Assembly (NCBI RefSeq): GCF_000017845.1
Contig: NC_010546.1
Location: 3,900,001 to 3,932,000 of the forward strand
Reading direction: 5' to 3'
DNA: 32,000 nt
Source: Crocosphaera subtropica ATCC 51142
GTDB lineage: Bacteria > Cyanobacteriota > Cyanobacteriia > Cyanobacteriales > Microcystaceae
The position numbers and the translations under genes were made by a program. Shown here piece by piece: positions 10,235 to 19,967 of the stretch (its first letter is position 1; the number at the start of each line of letters is the position of its first letter). Below the pieces are notes generated by a model. The model searched no databases, was not told the DNA's origin, and was given only the letters and a program-made list of their open reading frames with translations.

Positions 10235-10858
10235 TTAATCTCTAGAATAGAGGTAGAGGTCTGAAACCTTAATCCAACCTCGTCTAATCGACTCTTGCCC
10301 AAATTCAGCATCAACCCAGCCATTTTGTAACTGGAATATTTTGACCACATCCCCTTGAATCAGGTACGAATTTCTACGAGTGCTTAAATCAGGGGCTTGA
10401 TAAAAGTAGGCTTTCTTATCTGATACCATAGCAATGGAAGTCCAGTTTCCTGGGCTACTTAATCGGAATTCAGTTCCCTCATCTGAGGCAAAATGTCTAA
10501 CATTCGGACAACCTCCATGTTCTTCATTGAGCTTTATCCTCAGCATCTGATTTTCAAAAGTTAAGCTCCCCTCAATCACTCTATCTTCACCAGGATGCCA
10601 AGATTTTATTGTATACGAATCCTGAATGGCTTTCCCAGAAAAGTAAAAACGACAGCTAAAACGAGGGATACCTAGCTCCTCATCCCAACCACTCGTACTT
10701 TTAAAATATCCGGTTACAGCATTTTGAGCATTATCAACACCAATAATCATCTCAGAACCATAATAACCAGAAGCTCCTTCATTCATTGGTTTGGCATTAA
10801 CTTCAATGGAAAAAACTGAGATCCCTAAGCAACAATAAAAAAACAAATTTTTGAACAT
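10235..10858 (-). CDS. Secreted hypothetical protein with C-terminal SH3-like segment
   Basis: N-terminal signal-like peptide MFKNLFFYCCLGISVFSIEVNA. The C-terminus (GDVVKIF..NGWVDAEF..GWIKVSDLY) resembles bacterial SH3 domains. No other recognisable motif. Confidence 0.5.
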   Translation of the reverse strand: MFKNLFFYCCLGISVFSIEVNAKPMNEGASGYYGSEMIIGVDNAQNAVTGYFKSTSGWDEELGIPRFSCRFYFSGKAIQDSYTIKSWHPGEDRVIEGSLTFENQMLRIKLNEEHGGCPNVRHFASDEGTEFRLSSPGNWTSIAMVSDKKAYFYQAPDLSTRRNSYLIQGDVVKIFQLQNGWVDAEFGQESIRRGWIKVSDLYLYSRD

Positions 10859-11199
10859 TTTAGCTTTTATCTACCCCATCTATTTCATAGATATCTCAAA
10901 TTTCTCTGTCTTTAAGGCGAGAGACTTTTTTGCAGAAGTACCTTACTTTTGTTTATTTTACTATTTTGTTGCTAGAGGAAGGTTTGTATGAAGAAATGGT
11001 TGATAATTTATATTACAAGATTAAAAGCGATCACCACCAATAAAGAAAGTCAATTAACTAAAATCTTAATCAGAAGGTCTAAATCTCCTTAAATACCTTG
11101 ATTTTGCGTTACAGTAAAAACAGAAAGCTAGTTGTCAGCTAAAGTCTCGACAACTAGCTTGAAAAAGAGTATCAATTTTTGATTCATTATCCCTCACTT

Positions 11200-13284
11200 A
11201 TGAGCAACACAACTGTAACCAATAACCCTTTACTCATCGGACAAGGATTACCTCCCTTTGATAAAATCACTCATGATCATGTCATTCCGGCAATGACAGA
11301 ATTATTGCAAGAATTAGAAGCTAAATTAAGCGATTTAGAAGCCAAGGTTCAACCCACATGGGAAGGTTTAGTCGAACCTCTAACAGAAATAGAAGAAAAA
11401 TTTAGTTGGAGTTGGGGCATTGTGGGTCATTTAATGGGGGTTAAAAATAGTCCTGAACTTCGTAACGCTTACGAAACAGTACAACCCCAAGTTATCCACT
11501 TCGTTAACAAATTAAGTCAAAGTAAGCCCATTTATGAAGCATTTAAAAGCTTACAAGAAAGTAAGCTATGGAATACTTTAGAAAATGCTCAAAAACGGAT
11601 TGTTGAAACAGCTATAAGAGAAGCAGAATTATCAGGGGTTGCTTTAACAGGAGAAACTCGTGAACAATTCAATCAAATTCAACTGGAATTGGCAGAACTT
11701 TCCACTAAATTTTCTAACCATGTTTTAGATGCAACTAAAGCCTTTAAATTGAAATTAACCACAGAAAAAGAAGTGGAAGGTTTACCCCCTACTTTACTCA
11801 GTTTAGCAGCACAAACGGCACGGGCAGAAGGAGAAGAAAATGCCACCCCAGAAGCCGGACCTTGGGTGATTACATTAGATTATCCCAGTTATATTCCGTT
11901 CATGAAATATAGCACCCAAAGAGACTTAAGGAAGAAGGTTTATAAGGCGTTTATTTCCCGTGCATCCAGTGGAGAATTAGATAATAATCCCTTGATTAAA
12001 CGCATTTTAGAACTGCGGAAACAACAAGCAGAAATTCTCGGTTACAATACCTATGCAGAAGTTAGTTTAGCTCGGAAAATGGCCCCTAGTGTTGAAGCGG
12101 TGGAGGCCTTATTAGAAGAGTTAAGAAAAGTCAGTTATGATGCTGCGGTTAAAGACCTAGAAACCCTAAAAGACTTTGCTAAAAGTGATGACTTAAAACA
12201 GTGGGATGTAAGTTATTGGGCAGAAAAACAACGGGAAACTTTATTCAATTTTACCGCCGAAGAATTACGGCCTTATTTTCCTTTACCGCAAGTATTAGAC
12301 GGGTTATTTACCTTAGCAAAAAGAATCTTTGGGGTAACCATAACTTCCGCCGATGGACAAGCACCGGTTTGGCACGAAGATGTTCGTTATTTTCAGGTTA
12401 ATAATGAAGCAGGAGAAGCGATCGCACACTTCTATTTAGACCCCTATAGTCGCCCCGCAGAGAAGCGTGGAGGGGCCTGGATGAACGATTGTATTGGACG
12501 GGCAAAAATCAAGCTAGAAGAGCAATTTATGACCCGTTTACCTGTCGCTTATTTAATCTGTAATCAAACCCCTCCCGTGGATGAAAAACCCAGTTTAATG
12601 ACCTTTGATGAAGTCACTACTTTATTTCATGAATTTGGCCACGGGTTACAACATATGTTGACAAAAGTTGACTATCCTGGGGCAGCCGGAATTAACAATG
12701 TAGAGTGGGATGCGGTGGAATTACCCAGTCAATTTATGGAAAACTGGTGTTACGATCAAACCACTTTATTTAACATGGCCAAACATTATGAAACGGGAGA
12801 AACCTTACCCGAACATTACTATGATAAATTAGTTTCTGCCCGTAATTATATGAGTGGTTCAGGGATGTTAAGACAGTTACATTTTAGTTTCCTTGACTTA
12901 GAATTACACCATCGTTATCAACCTGATAGTAAAGAAACTCCTGCGGATGTTCGTAACCGCATTGCAGAAAAAACAACGGTCATGAAACCGTTACCAGAAG
13001 ACTCATTTTTATGTTCTTTTGGTCATATTTTCGCTGGCGGTTATGCAGCCGGTTACTATAGTTATAAATGGGCAGAAGTGTTAAGCGCGGATGCGTTTTC
13101 TGCCTTTGAAGAAGCCGGTTTAAATGATGAAAAAGCGGTTTCAGAAACAGGAAAACGGTTCAGGGATACAGTGTTAGCATTAGGGGGAAGTTTAGATCCG
13201 ATGGAAGTGTTTAAAGCATTCCGTGGACGAGAACCACAAACGGAACCTTTATTAAGACATAGTGGTTTATTACAAACTGCATAA
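11200..13284 (+). CDS. prlC: Oligopeptidase A (M3 family zinc metallopeptidase)
   Basis: HEFGH zinc motif and typical M3 C-terminal GGYAAGYYSYKWAEVLSADAF block. The ORF-track start at 11179 is TTG. The ATG at 11200 (MSNTTV) is the more likely start. Confidence 0.9.
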   Translation: MSNTTVTNNPLLIGQGLPPFDKITHDHVIPAMTELLQELEAKLSDLEAKVQPTWEGLVEPLTEIEEKFSWSWGIVGHLMGVKNSPELRNAYETVQPQVIHFVNKLSQSKPIYEAFKSLQESKLWNTLENAQKRIVETAIREAELSGVALTGETREQFNQIQLELAELSTKFSNHVLDATKAFKLKLTTEKEVEGLPPTLLSLAAQTARAEGEENATPEAGPWVITLDYPSYIPFMKYSTQRDLRKKVYKAFISRASSGELDNNPLIKRILELRKQQAEILGYNTYAEVSLARKMAPSVEAVEALLEELRKVSYDAAVKDLETLKDFAKSDDLKQWDVSYWAEKQRETLFNFTAEELRPYFPLPQVLDGLFTLAKRIFGVTITSADGQAPVWHEDVRYFQVNNEAGEAIAHFYLDPYSRPAEKRGGAWMNDCIGRAKIKLEEQFMTRLPVAYLICNQTPPVDEKPSLMTFDEVTTLFHEFGHGLQHMLTKVDYPGAAGINNVEWDAVELPSQFMENWCYDQTTLFNMAKHYETGETLPEHYYDKLVSARNYMSGSGMLRQLHFSFLDLELHHRYQPDSKETPADVRNRIAEKTTVMKPLPEDSFLCSFGHIFAGGYAAGYYSYKWAEVLSADAFSAFEEAGLNDEKAVSETGKRFRDTVLALGGSLDPMEVFKAFRGREPQTEPLLRHSGLLQTA

Positions 13285-13294
13285 TCTATAATTT

Positions 13295-13330
13295 AAGTGC
13301 GTTATTATTTTAGTAACGCACTTATTTTTT
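13295..13330 (+). terminator. Rho-independent terminator of prlC
   Basis: 10-bp perfect stem AAGTGCGTTA (13295-13304) / TAACGCACTT (13314-13323), followed by ATTTTTT. Begins 11 nt after the prlC stop. Confidence 0.65.
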
Positions 13331-13344
13331 ATTGATGAGGTTAA

Positions 13345-13641
13345 AAAAAGATTAATCCTAAAAGAAGTGACCATTCTGAGGAAAGACGAAAAGAAGGAAG
13401 AAGGGTTAGTCCTGCTTTTAATGATGCAGTTAATGCAAGAAAAAGTGATGTTTTTATTCAGGAGGATGAAAGGTATGTTGTCAGAGGAAAGAGAGGTAGA
13501 GAACACATTTTTGAAAAAGATGGAGAGTTAGTAACAACAATTAATCGTTCTTCTCAAGCACATTTAATTAAAATTCGTCGAAATGAAAGACGACCTATTA
13601 CTGATAATGAATTTATTGCATTTAAGGAGTTATTTCAATGA
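13345..13641 (+). pseudogene. Start-less open frame (98 codons); possible orphan C-terminal fragment of a polymorphic toxin
   Basis: The frame is open from just after the prlC terminator to TGA at 13639-13641. It contains no ATG/GTG/TTG, so it is absent from the ORF track. Translation: ...RRVSPAFNDAVNARKSDVFIQEDERYVVRGKRGREHIFEKDGELVTTINRSSQAHLIKIRRNERRPITDNEFIAFKELFQ. The stop overlaps the next ATG as ATGA. The toxin assignment is inference only. Confidence 0.3.
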
Positions 13642-13991
13642 CATTAGATATTGATAGAAATATTGAACAACAAGAAGAAATGGAGTTAGAAGATCAACTT
13701 TCTTGTCTAACAGCAGATTTAATAGAGTATAAAAAAAATAAGGATTTTATCAAAAATCTTTTTAATATTGAGTCAGGAAAATGGACAGATATTAATATTT
13801 TATGTCAAGGGATGAGTCATTTACAAAAACAACTAGAATTAATTAAAAATTGTTGTAATGAACAACTAAAAGTTACATGGTTAGATTATCCTGTAAGTAC
13901 AATGGGAGAAGGTTATTGTTTAATTATTTTTTATCTAGAATGTTTACATTGGGATAATGTTGCTCTTTATAATAAAAAAGATTTCATATAA
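13638..13991 (+). CDS. Small acidic hypothetical protein (immunity-like partner of the upstream fragment)
   Basis: 117-aa ORF. Its ATG overlaps the upstream frame's TGA (ATGA at 13638-13641), preceded by AAGGAG. No recognisable domain. Confidence 0.45.
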   Translation: MTLDIDRNIEQQEEMELEDQLSCLTADLIEYKKNKDFIKNLFNIESGKWTDINILCQGMSHLQKQLELIKNCCNEQLKVTWLDYPVSTMGEGYCLIIFYLECLHWDNVALYNKKDFI

Positions 13992-14053
13992 ATCATCCTG
14001 TTGCTAATAAGCACAATACAAAATCATTAAAGTTAATAGTATCTATTATATTT

Positions 14054-14694
14054 ATGTCTTTAGAACAAAATTTTGCTACAGATGAACCCATTACTAAGTT
14101 AGAACAAGATATCTTAGGAAGAGGTCAATTTTCAAAAAATCTTGCTCAAGCTATTTGTCGCTATAAGGGAGATGATAGTTTAGTTATTGGTTTATATGGT
14201 TCCTGGGGAAATGGTAAAACTTCTATTATTAATATGGTTAAAGAAGTTTTAAACCCAGACGAAAATGAAGATAAGAAAGATAAACCTTTAGTTATTGAAT
14301 TTAAACCTTGGTATTTCTCAGGACAAGATCAACTTTTAGAACAGTTTTTTAAACATTTATCATCGGAACTAACTAGCAATATTGAAAAATTTGGACAAAA
14401 AGCAAAAGGTTCTATCGAAAAAATAGGTAAAAATTTATCACGCTTAAGTTCAGCTTTAAAACCAGTTAAATATGTTTCTCCTTTTATTGGTGTTCCCAGT
14501 GAAATTATTGAAAGTTTGTCAGCGAAAGGAGAAGAGTTCGGAAAAGCTTTATCAGGAGAAAAAAATGATCAACAATTTGATCCTATCACTCAGAAAAAAG
14601 AATTAGATAAAGAGTTAAAAGACCTTGATCGTAAAATTTTAATTATTATTGATGATATTGATCGTTTGACTAAAGAAGAAATGCGACAAATGTT
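14054..14694 (+). pseudogene. KAP family P-loop NTPase, N-terminal part, truncated by IS insertion
   Basis: Walker A GLYGSWGNGKTS and Walker B ILIIIDDIDRL in the KAP-type arrangement. The native reading frame ends where the IS terminal inverted repeat begins (14695). The ORF-track tail VSSSKMV is IS-derived. Confidence 0.75.
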
Positions 14695-16054
14695 CAGGGT
14701 AAGCTCATCTAAAATGGTATAAAATGTACTTGACTAAGAAAGTAAAGTCTAGGTGAGGCAAAAAGGGACTTAAAATAAAAAAACAAAGTACAATTAGGAC
14801 TTTCGTAATTATGGAATCAGAACATGGCCAAGGGGTTTGCAGACCAAAAACAATCTAGTAAGAAAAAAAAGGAAAAGGGAAATATAGCATCTATTGATGA
14901 AATCCAAAACAATTTATTAGGCTATGTCAAAGAAATAGAAGATCCTAGAGTACAAAGAAGCAAAAAACACCTCCTTAAAGATGTATTGGCGATCGCTATA
15001 TTGGCAGTCATTGCAGGGTCCCAAGGTTGGGAAGATATGGAGAACTATGGTATCGCAAAACAGGAGTGGTTATCAGAGTTTCTAGAACTCCCTCACGGAA
15101 TCCCGAGTGATGACACATTTAGAAGAGTTTTTGAGAGAATTGATCCAGAATCGCTGCAAAAATGCCTACAAAAATGGGTTCAATCTATAATGAATTCAAT
15201 TCAAGGAGAAATTATCCCCATCGATGGCAAAACATTAAGGGGTTCTTACGATCGCAACGCCGGACAGTGCGCTTTACATACGGTCACAGCGTGGGCATCC
15301 CAGCAGAGTCTGGTGTTAGGACAAGTCAAAGTTGAAAACTACTCCAATGAAATTACGGCCATTCCTGCCTTACTCGAACTATTAGACATTACAGGCTCGA
15401 TCATTACCATTGATGCAATGGGAACTCAAACCAGCATTATCCAACAAATTTGTCGGCAAAAAGCTGACTACATTGTTACTCTCAAAGCTAACCATCCTAC
15501 TTTATTTTCTCAAGTCAAGCAATGGTTTACTGATACCCAAAACAATGGCTGGGATGGCATTGAACATGATTACTACAAAAGTGTAACCAAGGGCCACCAC
15601 CGCACCGAGAAACGATACGTTTGGGCTATACCAGTAGCAGCTATGGGAGAGCTTTACCAGCAACAACAATGGCATGGACTGCAAACTATTGTCGTAGTCG
15701 AACGCATCCGTCACTTGTGGAACAAGACTACCCACGATATTCAGTTTTATCTGACCTCTTTACCTCCCAATGCCCAATTCCTTTGCCATGCGATCCGCAC
15801 CCATTGGAGCATTGAGAATAACCTTCATTGGACACTCGATGTCACTTTTTCTGAAGATCAATGCCGTATTCGGTCAGAATATAGTCCACAGAACTTTGCT
15901 CTTCTAAGACGATTGGCTCTTAATGTTCTCCATCAAGAAAAAACATTTAAACGTAGTCTTCGCCAGAAAATGAAGCAAGCTGCTATGAACAACAACTATA
16001 TGATGACTGTTCTCAATTCCTTCTGTCAAGCGGATTTTAGATGAGCTTACCCTG
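14695..16054 (+). mobile_element. ISAs1-family insertion sequence (1360 bp)
   Basis: Perfect 21-bp terminal inverted repeats: CAGGGTAAGCTCATCTAAAAT at 14695-14715 and its reverse complement at 16034-16054. They enclose a single transposase ORF. No direct target duplication is visible on the flanks. Confidence 0.85.
14824..16044 (+). CDS. ISAs1-family (H-repeat-associated) DDE transposase
   Basis: 406 aa. The N-terminal block I.DPRVQRSKKHLLKDVLAIAILAVIAGSQGWEDME is typical of the DDE_Tnp_1-associated domain. The C-terminal HWSIENNLHWTLDVTFSED block is typical of ISAs1 transposases. Confidence 0.85.
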   Translation: MAKGFADQKQSSKKKKEKGNIASIDEIQNNLLGYVKEIEDPRVQRSKKHLLKDVLAIAILAVIAGSQGWEDMENYGIAKQEWLSEFLELPHGIPSDDTFRRVFERIDPESLQKCLQKWVQSIMNSIQGEIIPIDGKTLRGSYDRNAGQCALHTVTAWASQQSLVLGQVKVENYSNEITAIPALLELLDITGSIITIDAMGTQTSIIQQICRQKADYIVTLKANHPTLFSQVKQWFTDTQNNGWDGIEHDYYKSVTKGHHRTEKRYVWAIPVAAMGELYQQQQWHGLQTIVVVERIRHLWNKTTHDIQFYLTSLPPNAQFLCHAIRTHWSIENNLHWTLDVTFSEDQCRIRSEYSPQNFALLRRLALNVLHQEKTFKRSLRQKMKQAAMNNNYMMTVLNSFCQADFR

Positions 16055-16620
16055 ATAAAAAAGTGGCTAAAAAATTAATGCCACAAGCCGAAATAGTGGC
16101 TGATAGATTCCATGTAATGAAGCAAGTTACCGATGAGTTAGATGCTCAAAGAAAAAAGTCAAAAAGAGAAGCAATTGCTTTAAAGGATTCTCCAGAAAAA
16201 AAACAATTACTTTCAGGATTAAATAAGAGTAAATATGCTTTACTTAAAAATGAAGAAGATTTAAGCGACCAACAAAAAGAGAAATTAGAAGAAATCTATA
16301 AAACTGTACCTATTCTTTCAAAGATGCACCTTCTAAAAGAGAAATTTAGAAAGGTTTTTGATGAAAATATTGATTGGATATCAGGACTGTTTGAACTAGC
16401 GGATTGGTGTGCAGAGGCTCATACAGTTTATCCTAAAAGCTTCGGAACCATTAGACGTTGGATGGGAGAAATCATTGCTTACTTTGACGAGAGAACAAAT
16501 AGCGGTGTTGTGGAGGGAATTAATAACAAATTAAAGCTGATTAAAAGAAGAGGTTATGGTTTTAGAAATTTTGATAATTTTAAACTTAGAAGTTTCCTAA
16601 CTTGGCATTTTAGTGGTTAA
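16055..16620 (+). pseudogene. ISL3-family transposase, C-terminal fragment only
   Basis: The frame is open right from the ISAs1 right end ([24 protein letters not shown]...). It ends in the ISL3-type tail [23 protein letters not shown]. About the N-terminal 55-60% of a normal ISL3 transposase is missing. Confidence 0.75.
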
Positions 16621-16862
16621 ATCTACACGCTAAGTTCGGTAGAACCAGATAATCAATCATTATTTAATCAACTACCCGAAAAATCTCAACTCGCAATCTT
16701 AACTTTTTTAGAACAATTTGCTAATAATAGTCAACAATAAAGGAAAATAGAGAAAATTGTCAACATCAAACCATCATAATCAACACAAAATGAGCCATCT
16801 GTGATCAAACTGTAAAAAATCGTTACAATAGAAGCAACCAGTTATAAAGAAATATTACAAAA

Positions 16863-17534
16863 ATGATTAGCACCGACCTCGAACAAATATCCTTACAACT
16901 AGAAAGCGAAAACTCCCGCGATCGCCTGTTAGCCTTAGCTTCCTTAAGACAAGTTTCTGCAGAAGATGCAGTCCCTTTAATTAAGAAAGTCTTAGACGAC
17001 GAAATATTACAAGTGCGATCAATGGCGGTGTTTGCCCTTGGAGTCAAACAAACTGACGAATGTTATCCCATTTTAGTTAAACTATTAGAAACTGATCCAG
17101 ACTACGGCATTCGGGCTGATGCTGCTGGTGCATTGGGTTATTTGCAAGATCCTCGCGCTTATGAACCCTTATCCAGAGCATTCTACGAAGACACACAATG
17201 GTTAGTCCGTTTTAGTGCTGCTGTGTCCCTAGGTAACTTAGGGGATGTTCGCGCCAAAGAACTGCTTTTACAAGCCTTAGAAAGTGAAGAAACGGTCATG
17301 CAACAAGCAGCGATCGCAGCTATTGGTGAGATCCGCGCTGTTGATGCCATTGACGAGATTTTGCGCTTTGCTAACTCAGAAGACTGGTTAGTACGTCAAC
17401 GTCTGGCACAGGCTTTAGGTAACTTTAACACAGAAAAGAGTATTTCTGCTCTCAACTTCTTAGCCAAAGATGGTCAACCCCAAGTCAGAGAAGCTGCTTT
17501 ATTTTCTCTTAACCTTCTTGAACCAGACAACTAA
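16863..17534 (+). CDS. HEAT-repeat protein (PBS-lyase HEAT-like repeats; NblB/CpcE-like)
   Basis: 223 aa of tandem about 30-aa repeats of the type D..VR..AA.ALG..GD..A...L, characteristic of phycobilisome-lyase HEAT-like repeats. Confidence 0.8.
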   Translation: MISTDLEQISLQLESENSRDRLLALASLRQVSAEDAVPLIKKVLDDEILQVRSMAVFALGVKQTDECYPILVKLLETDPDYGIRADAAGALGYLQDPRAYEPLSRAFYEDTQWLVRFSAAVSLGNLGDVRAKELLLQALESEETVMQQAAIAAIGEIRAVDAIDEILRFANSEDWLVRQRLAQALGNFNTEKSISALNFLAKDGQPQVREAALFSLNLLEPDN

Positions 17535-17684
17535 GAAACGGTGAGATGTCATGATACAATCAGGGTTATGGGTTTGCTTAAAAAATAGCCACAAATAGCC
17601 TTATTTAACCCTCTAAATCTTAAAAAATAAAAGGGATAAAAGTAACCCATTACCCTATTTTTATCAGATAACTCAACAGTGTTC

Positions 17685-18212
17685 ATGGACATACAAACCT
17701 TTCTAGAATCATGTATCGGTCAATGGTTTTCTCAGCGAAGTAGCTATCAGTTTGACACCGAAAAAGCAGAGAGTCATAAATCAGAATTAACTGTAGAATG
17801 GTTGAACACTGATCATTCTCTGCTGGTTTCCCTTTGTCAAGAACATCGTATCGATCCTAACCAAGCGATCGGAGGTCAACAAGTCAGTTGGAATAGTTCC
17901 GTTGACTATGGTCAAAAAAAGCAAACAGGAAGCGCAACAATGATTATAATTCCTGATAGCAATACCCCAAAAATTGGAAAAATTATACAAAGTTTTAAAT
18001 CTAATCCTTCATCCCAAGGAAAGTATAGTTTAGGAGAAGATGAAGCATTAAATCTTACCCTTGAAGTTGGGGACTTTTTAATGGAAGAAAGAATCTGGTT
18101 TGCCAGTCCTAATTTACGACTGCGTACCAGTTTAATGAAAGGAGAAAATGGCTACAGTCGCACTGCTTTTTATTCAGAAATTCGCCGACTTCCCCCCCAA
18201 GAAGTCGCATAA
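17685..18212 (+). CDS. CpcS/CpeS-family phycobiliprotein chromophore lyase-like protein
   Basis: The N-terminal FLESCIGQWFSQRSSYQF block matches the conserved G.W.SQR start of the CpcS/CpcU/CpeS (DUF1001) lipocalin-like lyases, and the size fits. The ATG at 17685 is preferred over the GTG at 17679. Confidence 0.6.
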   Translation: MDIQTFLESCIGQWFSQRSSYQFDTEKAESHKSELTVEWLNTDHSLLVSLCQEHRIDPNQAIGGQQVSWNSSVDYGQKKQTGSATMIIIPDSNTPKIGKIIQSFKSNPSSQGKYSLGEDEALNLTLEVGDFLMEERIWFASPNLRLRTSLMKGENGYSRTAFYSEIRRLPPQEVA

Positions 18213-18242
18213 ACTATGTAATTAAACCATCTAGTATGGAAA

Positions 18243-18821
18243 CTAACGGTATTTCCTTCTTAGTTTCTGCCCTTTTTCTATGAGTTGTTCCATTTCTTTT
18301 TGATCTGCTAATAATTCATCAAGCTGTTGCTGTAAATCCTCTATTTGTTGTTGAACTTCCGATTGCTTTTGCTTAATTTTATTAAGAATTTCAGTATCAC
18401 TTGGTTCCACAACATGATTTTCCAGCCTTTCATCTCCAGCTAAAAAATAGTAAGATGGACGACGGCCACTACCTGGCAAACATTCGAGAAATCCTAGATC
18501 AGTTAATTGACTTAATCTTTCTCTAACAGCAGAATCTCCTGGTTTAATACTACCTTCTCTTTCTTCTATTTCCTCTAAAACATCTTTTATTGTAATCTGA
18601 CTTCGTTGTTCAATAAGGTTTTCAACAATTTCCCAAATAAAGATGCCAACAGGATCTAAACTGGAGTCAAGAGTAGATTCAGCTGGATTCTCTTCATGTT
18701 GTGTATTGTCATCTAACTGTAAATTTTCATCAGACACTAGCAAAGACAAATCCGTGGAAGCTACAGCTTGCGATTTGTTGCCCAATCGATCATCATTTAT
18801 ATACATAGTCGGAAGCCTCAA
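18243..18821 (-). CDS. Hypothetical protein, acidic, winged-helix-like middle and C-terminal coiled coil
   Basis: 192-aa ORF. The C-terminus QSEVQQQIEDLQQQLDELLADQKEMEQLIEK is a heptad-like coiled coil. No enzymatic motif. Confidence 0.45.
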   Translation of the reverse strand: MRLPTMYINDDRLGNKSQAVASTDLSLLVSDENLQLDDNTQHEENPAESTLDSSLDPVGIFIWEIVENLIEQRSQITIKDVLEEIEEREGSIKPGDSAVRERLSQLTDLGFLECLPGSGRRPSYYFLAGDERLENHVVEPSDTEILNKIKQKQSEVQQQIEDLQQQLDELLADQKEMEQLIEKGQKLRRKYR

Positions 18822-19061
18822 ATGTTTGAGGTCAGGATCTATAAATAGAGCGCAACTTAATGCGCCCTATATGTTAACGTATCGGCAAGTTAGAGCTTTA
18901 CACATAATCTAGTGTTGTCAGCGCAGGTTATGTATATTGCTCATAACCTTGCCTTTTCAGCAGGCAAAACTTAGGGATATATCTCTAAGAGTTGTCATGC
19001 CTAAATATAGGATAGCTTACTTTTGTTGTCTCGGTAAACAGTTAGATAAAGGCAAGCCAAA

Positions 19062-19352
19062 ATGAAAATAAAAACACAAGGATTAAAACTTTCCACCTTA
19101 TCATCAATGTCTCCTCAAGAACGTGAAGATAAAATCAATTCCTTTATAGAACAAGTTATTAATCCTCAACCTGAACAAGTAGAAGAACAAAAAAAAGAAA
19201 TAGAAGAGGAAATTCGAGCCTATGAAAGACGCTATGAGATATCTTCTGCTAAACTAAAATCAGGCTTGGCTGATGGTAGCATTAAGGGTACTACTGATAT
19301 TTGCTCTTGGCTAATGCTTCTAAAAAAAAGAACTCTTCTAGAAAACATATAA
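19062..19352 (+). CDS. Small hypothetical protein (putative partner of downstream DUF6516-like gene)
   Basis: 96-aa charged, coiled-coil-rich ORF. Its stop TAA directly abuts the next ATG (taaATG at 19350-19355). Confidence 0.45.
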   Translation: MKIKTQGLKLSTLSSMSPQEREDKINSFIEQVINPQPEQVEEQKKEIEEEIRAYERRYEISSAKLKSGLADGSIKGTTDICSWLMLLKKRTLLENI

Positions 19353-19868
19353 ATGGGTAAGCATTCTCCCAATCATTTTCGTCAATACATAGAAATTCAT
19401 GAAACCATTATTGATCAATTCAAAGTCAAAGACTTTATTGGTGATGAAACCCTTGAATTTATTACTATGGGCTTTTCTTATAACCTCATTGGAGAAATTG
19501 CTTGTCGTGGGAATATAGTGATTAATGTAGATAAGCTGATTGATGTAATTAGCGGTTCGGGAGTTAATGCTTTACTTCAAACTCGTTGGTATGCTTATAA
19601 TGTTTTTGTTCGTAATCGCTTCAATTTATTTAGATATGATAATCAAGACGATTACTTTTTAAGTCTAGGACAAGAACATAAAGATGAACATCACAAACAT
19701 CTTTTTGATTGGGAAACGGGAGAAGAACTCCCAGATAGTCCTATTTGGGTTGGGGAAGATTCATGGCCAACGTTAGGAGAGGTGATTAAAGAAACAGAAC
19801 AATGGTATTGGTCTAATCGAGATCAACTAGAATATCCTGATAGTTATCCTAATTTAGACTTGAGATAA
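19353..19868 (+). CDS. DUF6516/TumE-like protein (putative toxin-antitoxin component)
   Basis: 171 aa. The core LFRYDNQDD...EHHKHLFD resembles the (F/I)RYDN...HHKH signature I recall for TumE-family (DUF6516) proteins. Tightly coupled to the upstream small ORF. Confidence 0.4.
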   Translation: MGKHSPNHFRQYIEIHETIIDQFKVKDFIGDETLEFITMGFSYNLIGEIACRGNIVINVDKLIDVISGSGVNALLQTRWYAYNVFVRNRFNLFRYDNQDDYFLSLGQEHKDEHHKHLFDWETGEELPDSPIWVGEDSWPTLGEVIKETEQWYWSNRDQLEYPDSYPNLDLR

Positions 19869-19967
19869 TGATCGTTTACTTGTTAAATTAACCACGAAAT
19901 CAAATAAAAATCACTTCAAAAATATAGTATTCTAATCTAAAGTAACTAAAAACAACCAAGGGAAAAT

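Noticed and set aside
11125-11160. Perfect 12-bp inverted repeat (AAGCTAGTTGTC / GACAACTAGCTT, 12-nt loop) about 40 nt upstream of prlC
   Set aside because: It is real in the sequence, but it has no T-tract, no upstream co-directional gene to terminate and no recognisable riboswitch or operator context. It is noted only as a possible 5'-UTR structure.
13270-13506. 78-aa minus-strand ORF overlapping the prlC stop and terminator
   Set aside because: Its sequence is low-complexity. It runs through the prlC terminator hairpin and is antisense to the start-less toxin-like frame, with no supporting signals.
16621-16740. ISL3 right terminal repeat and KAP C-terminal tail as separately annotated features
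   Set aside because: The boundary cannot be fixed without another ISL3 copy or an intact KAP homologue. It is mentioned only within the KAP/IS finding.
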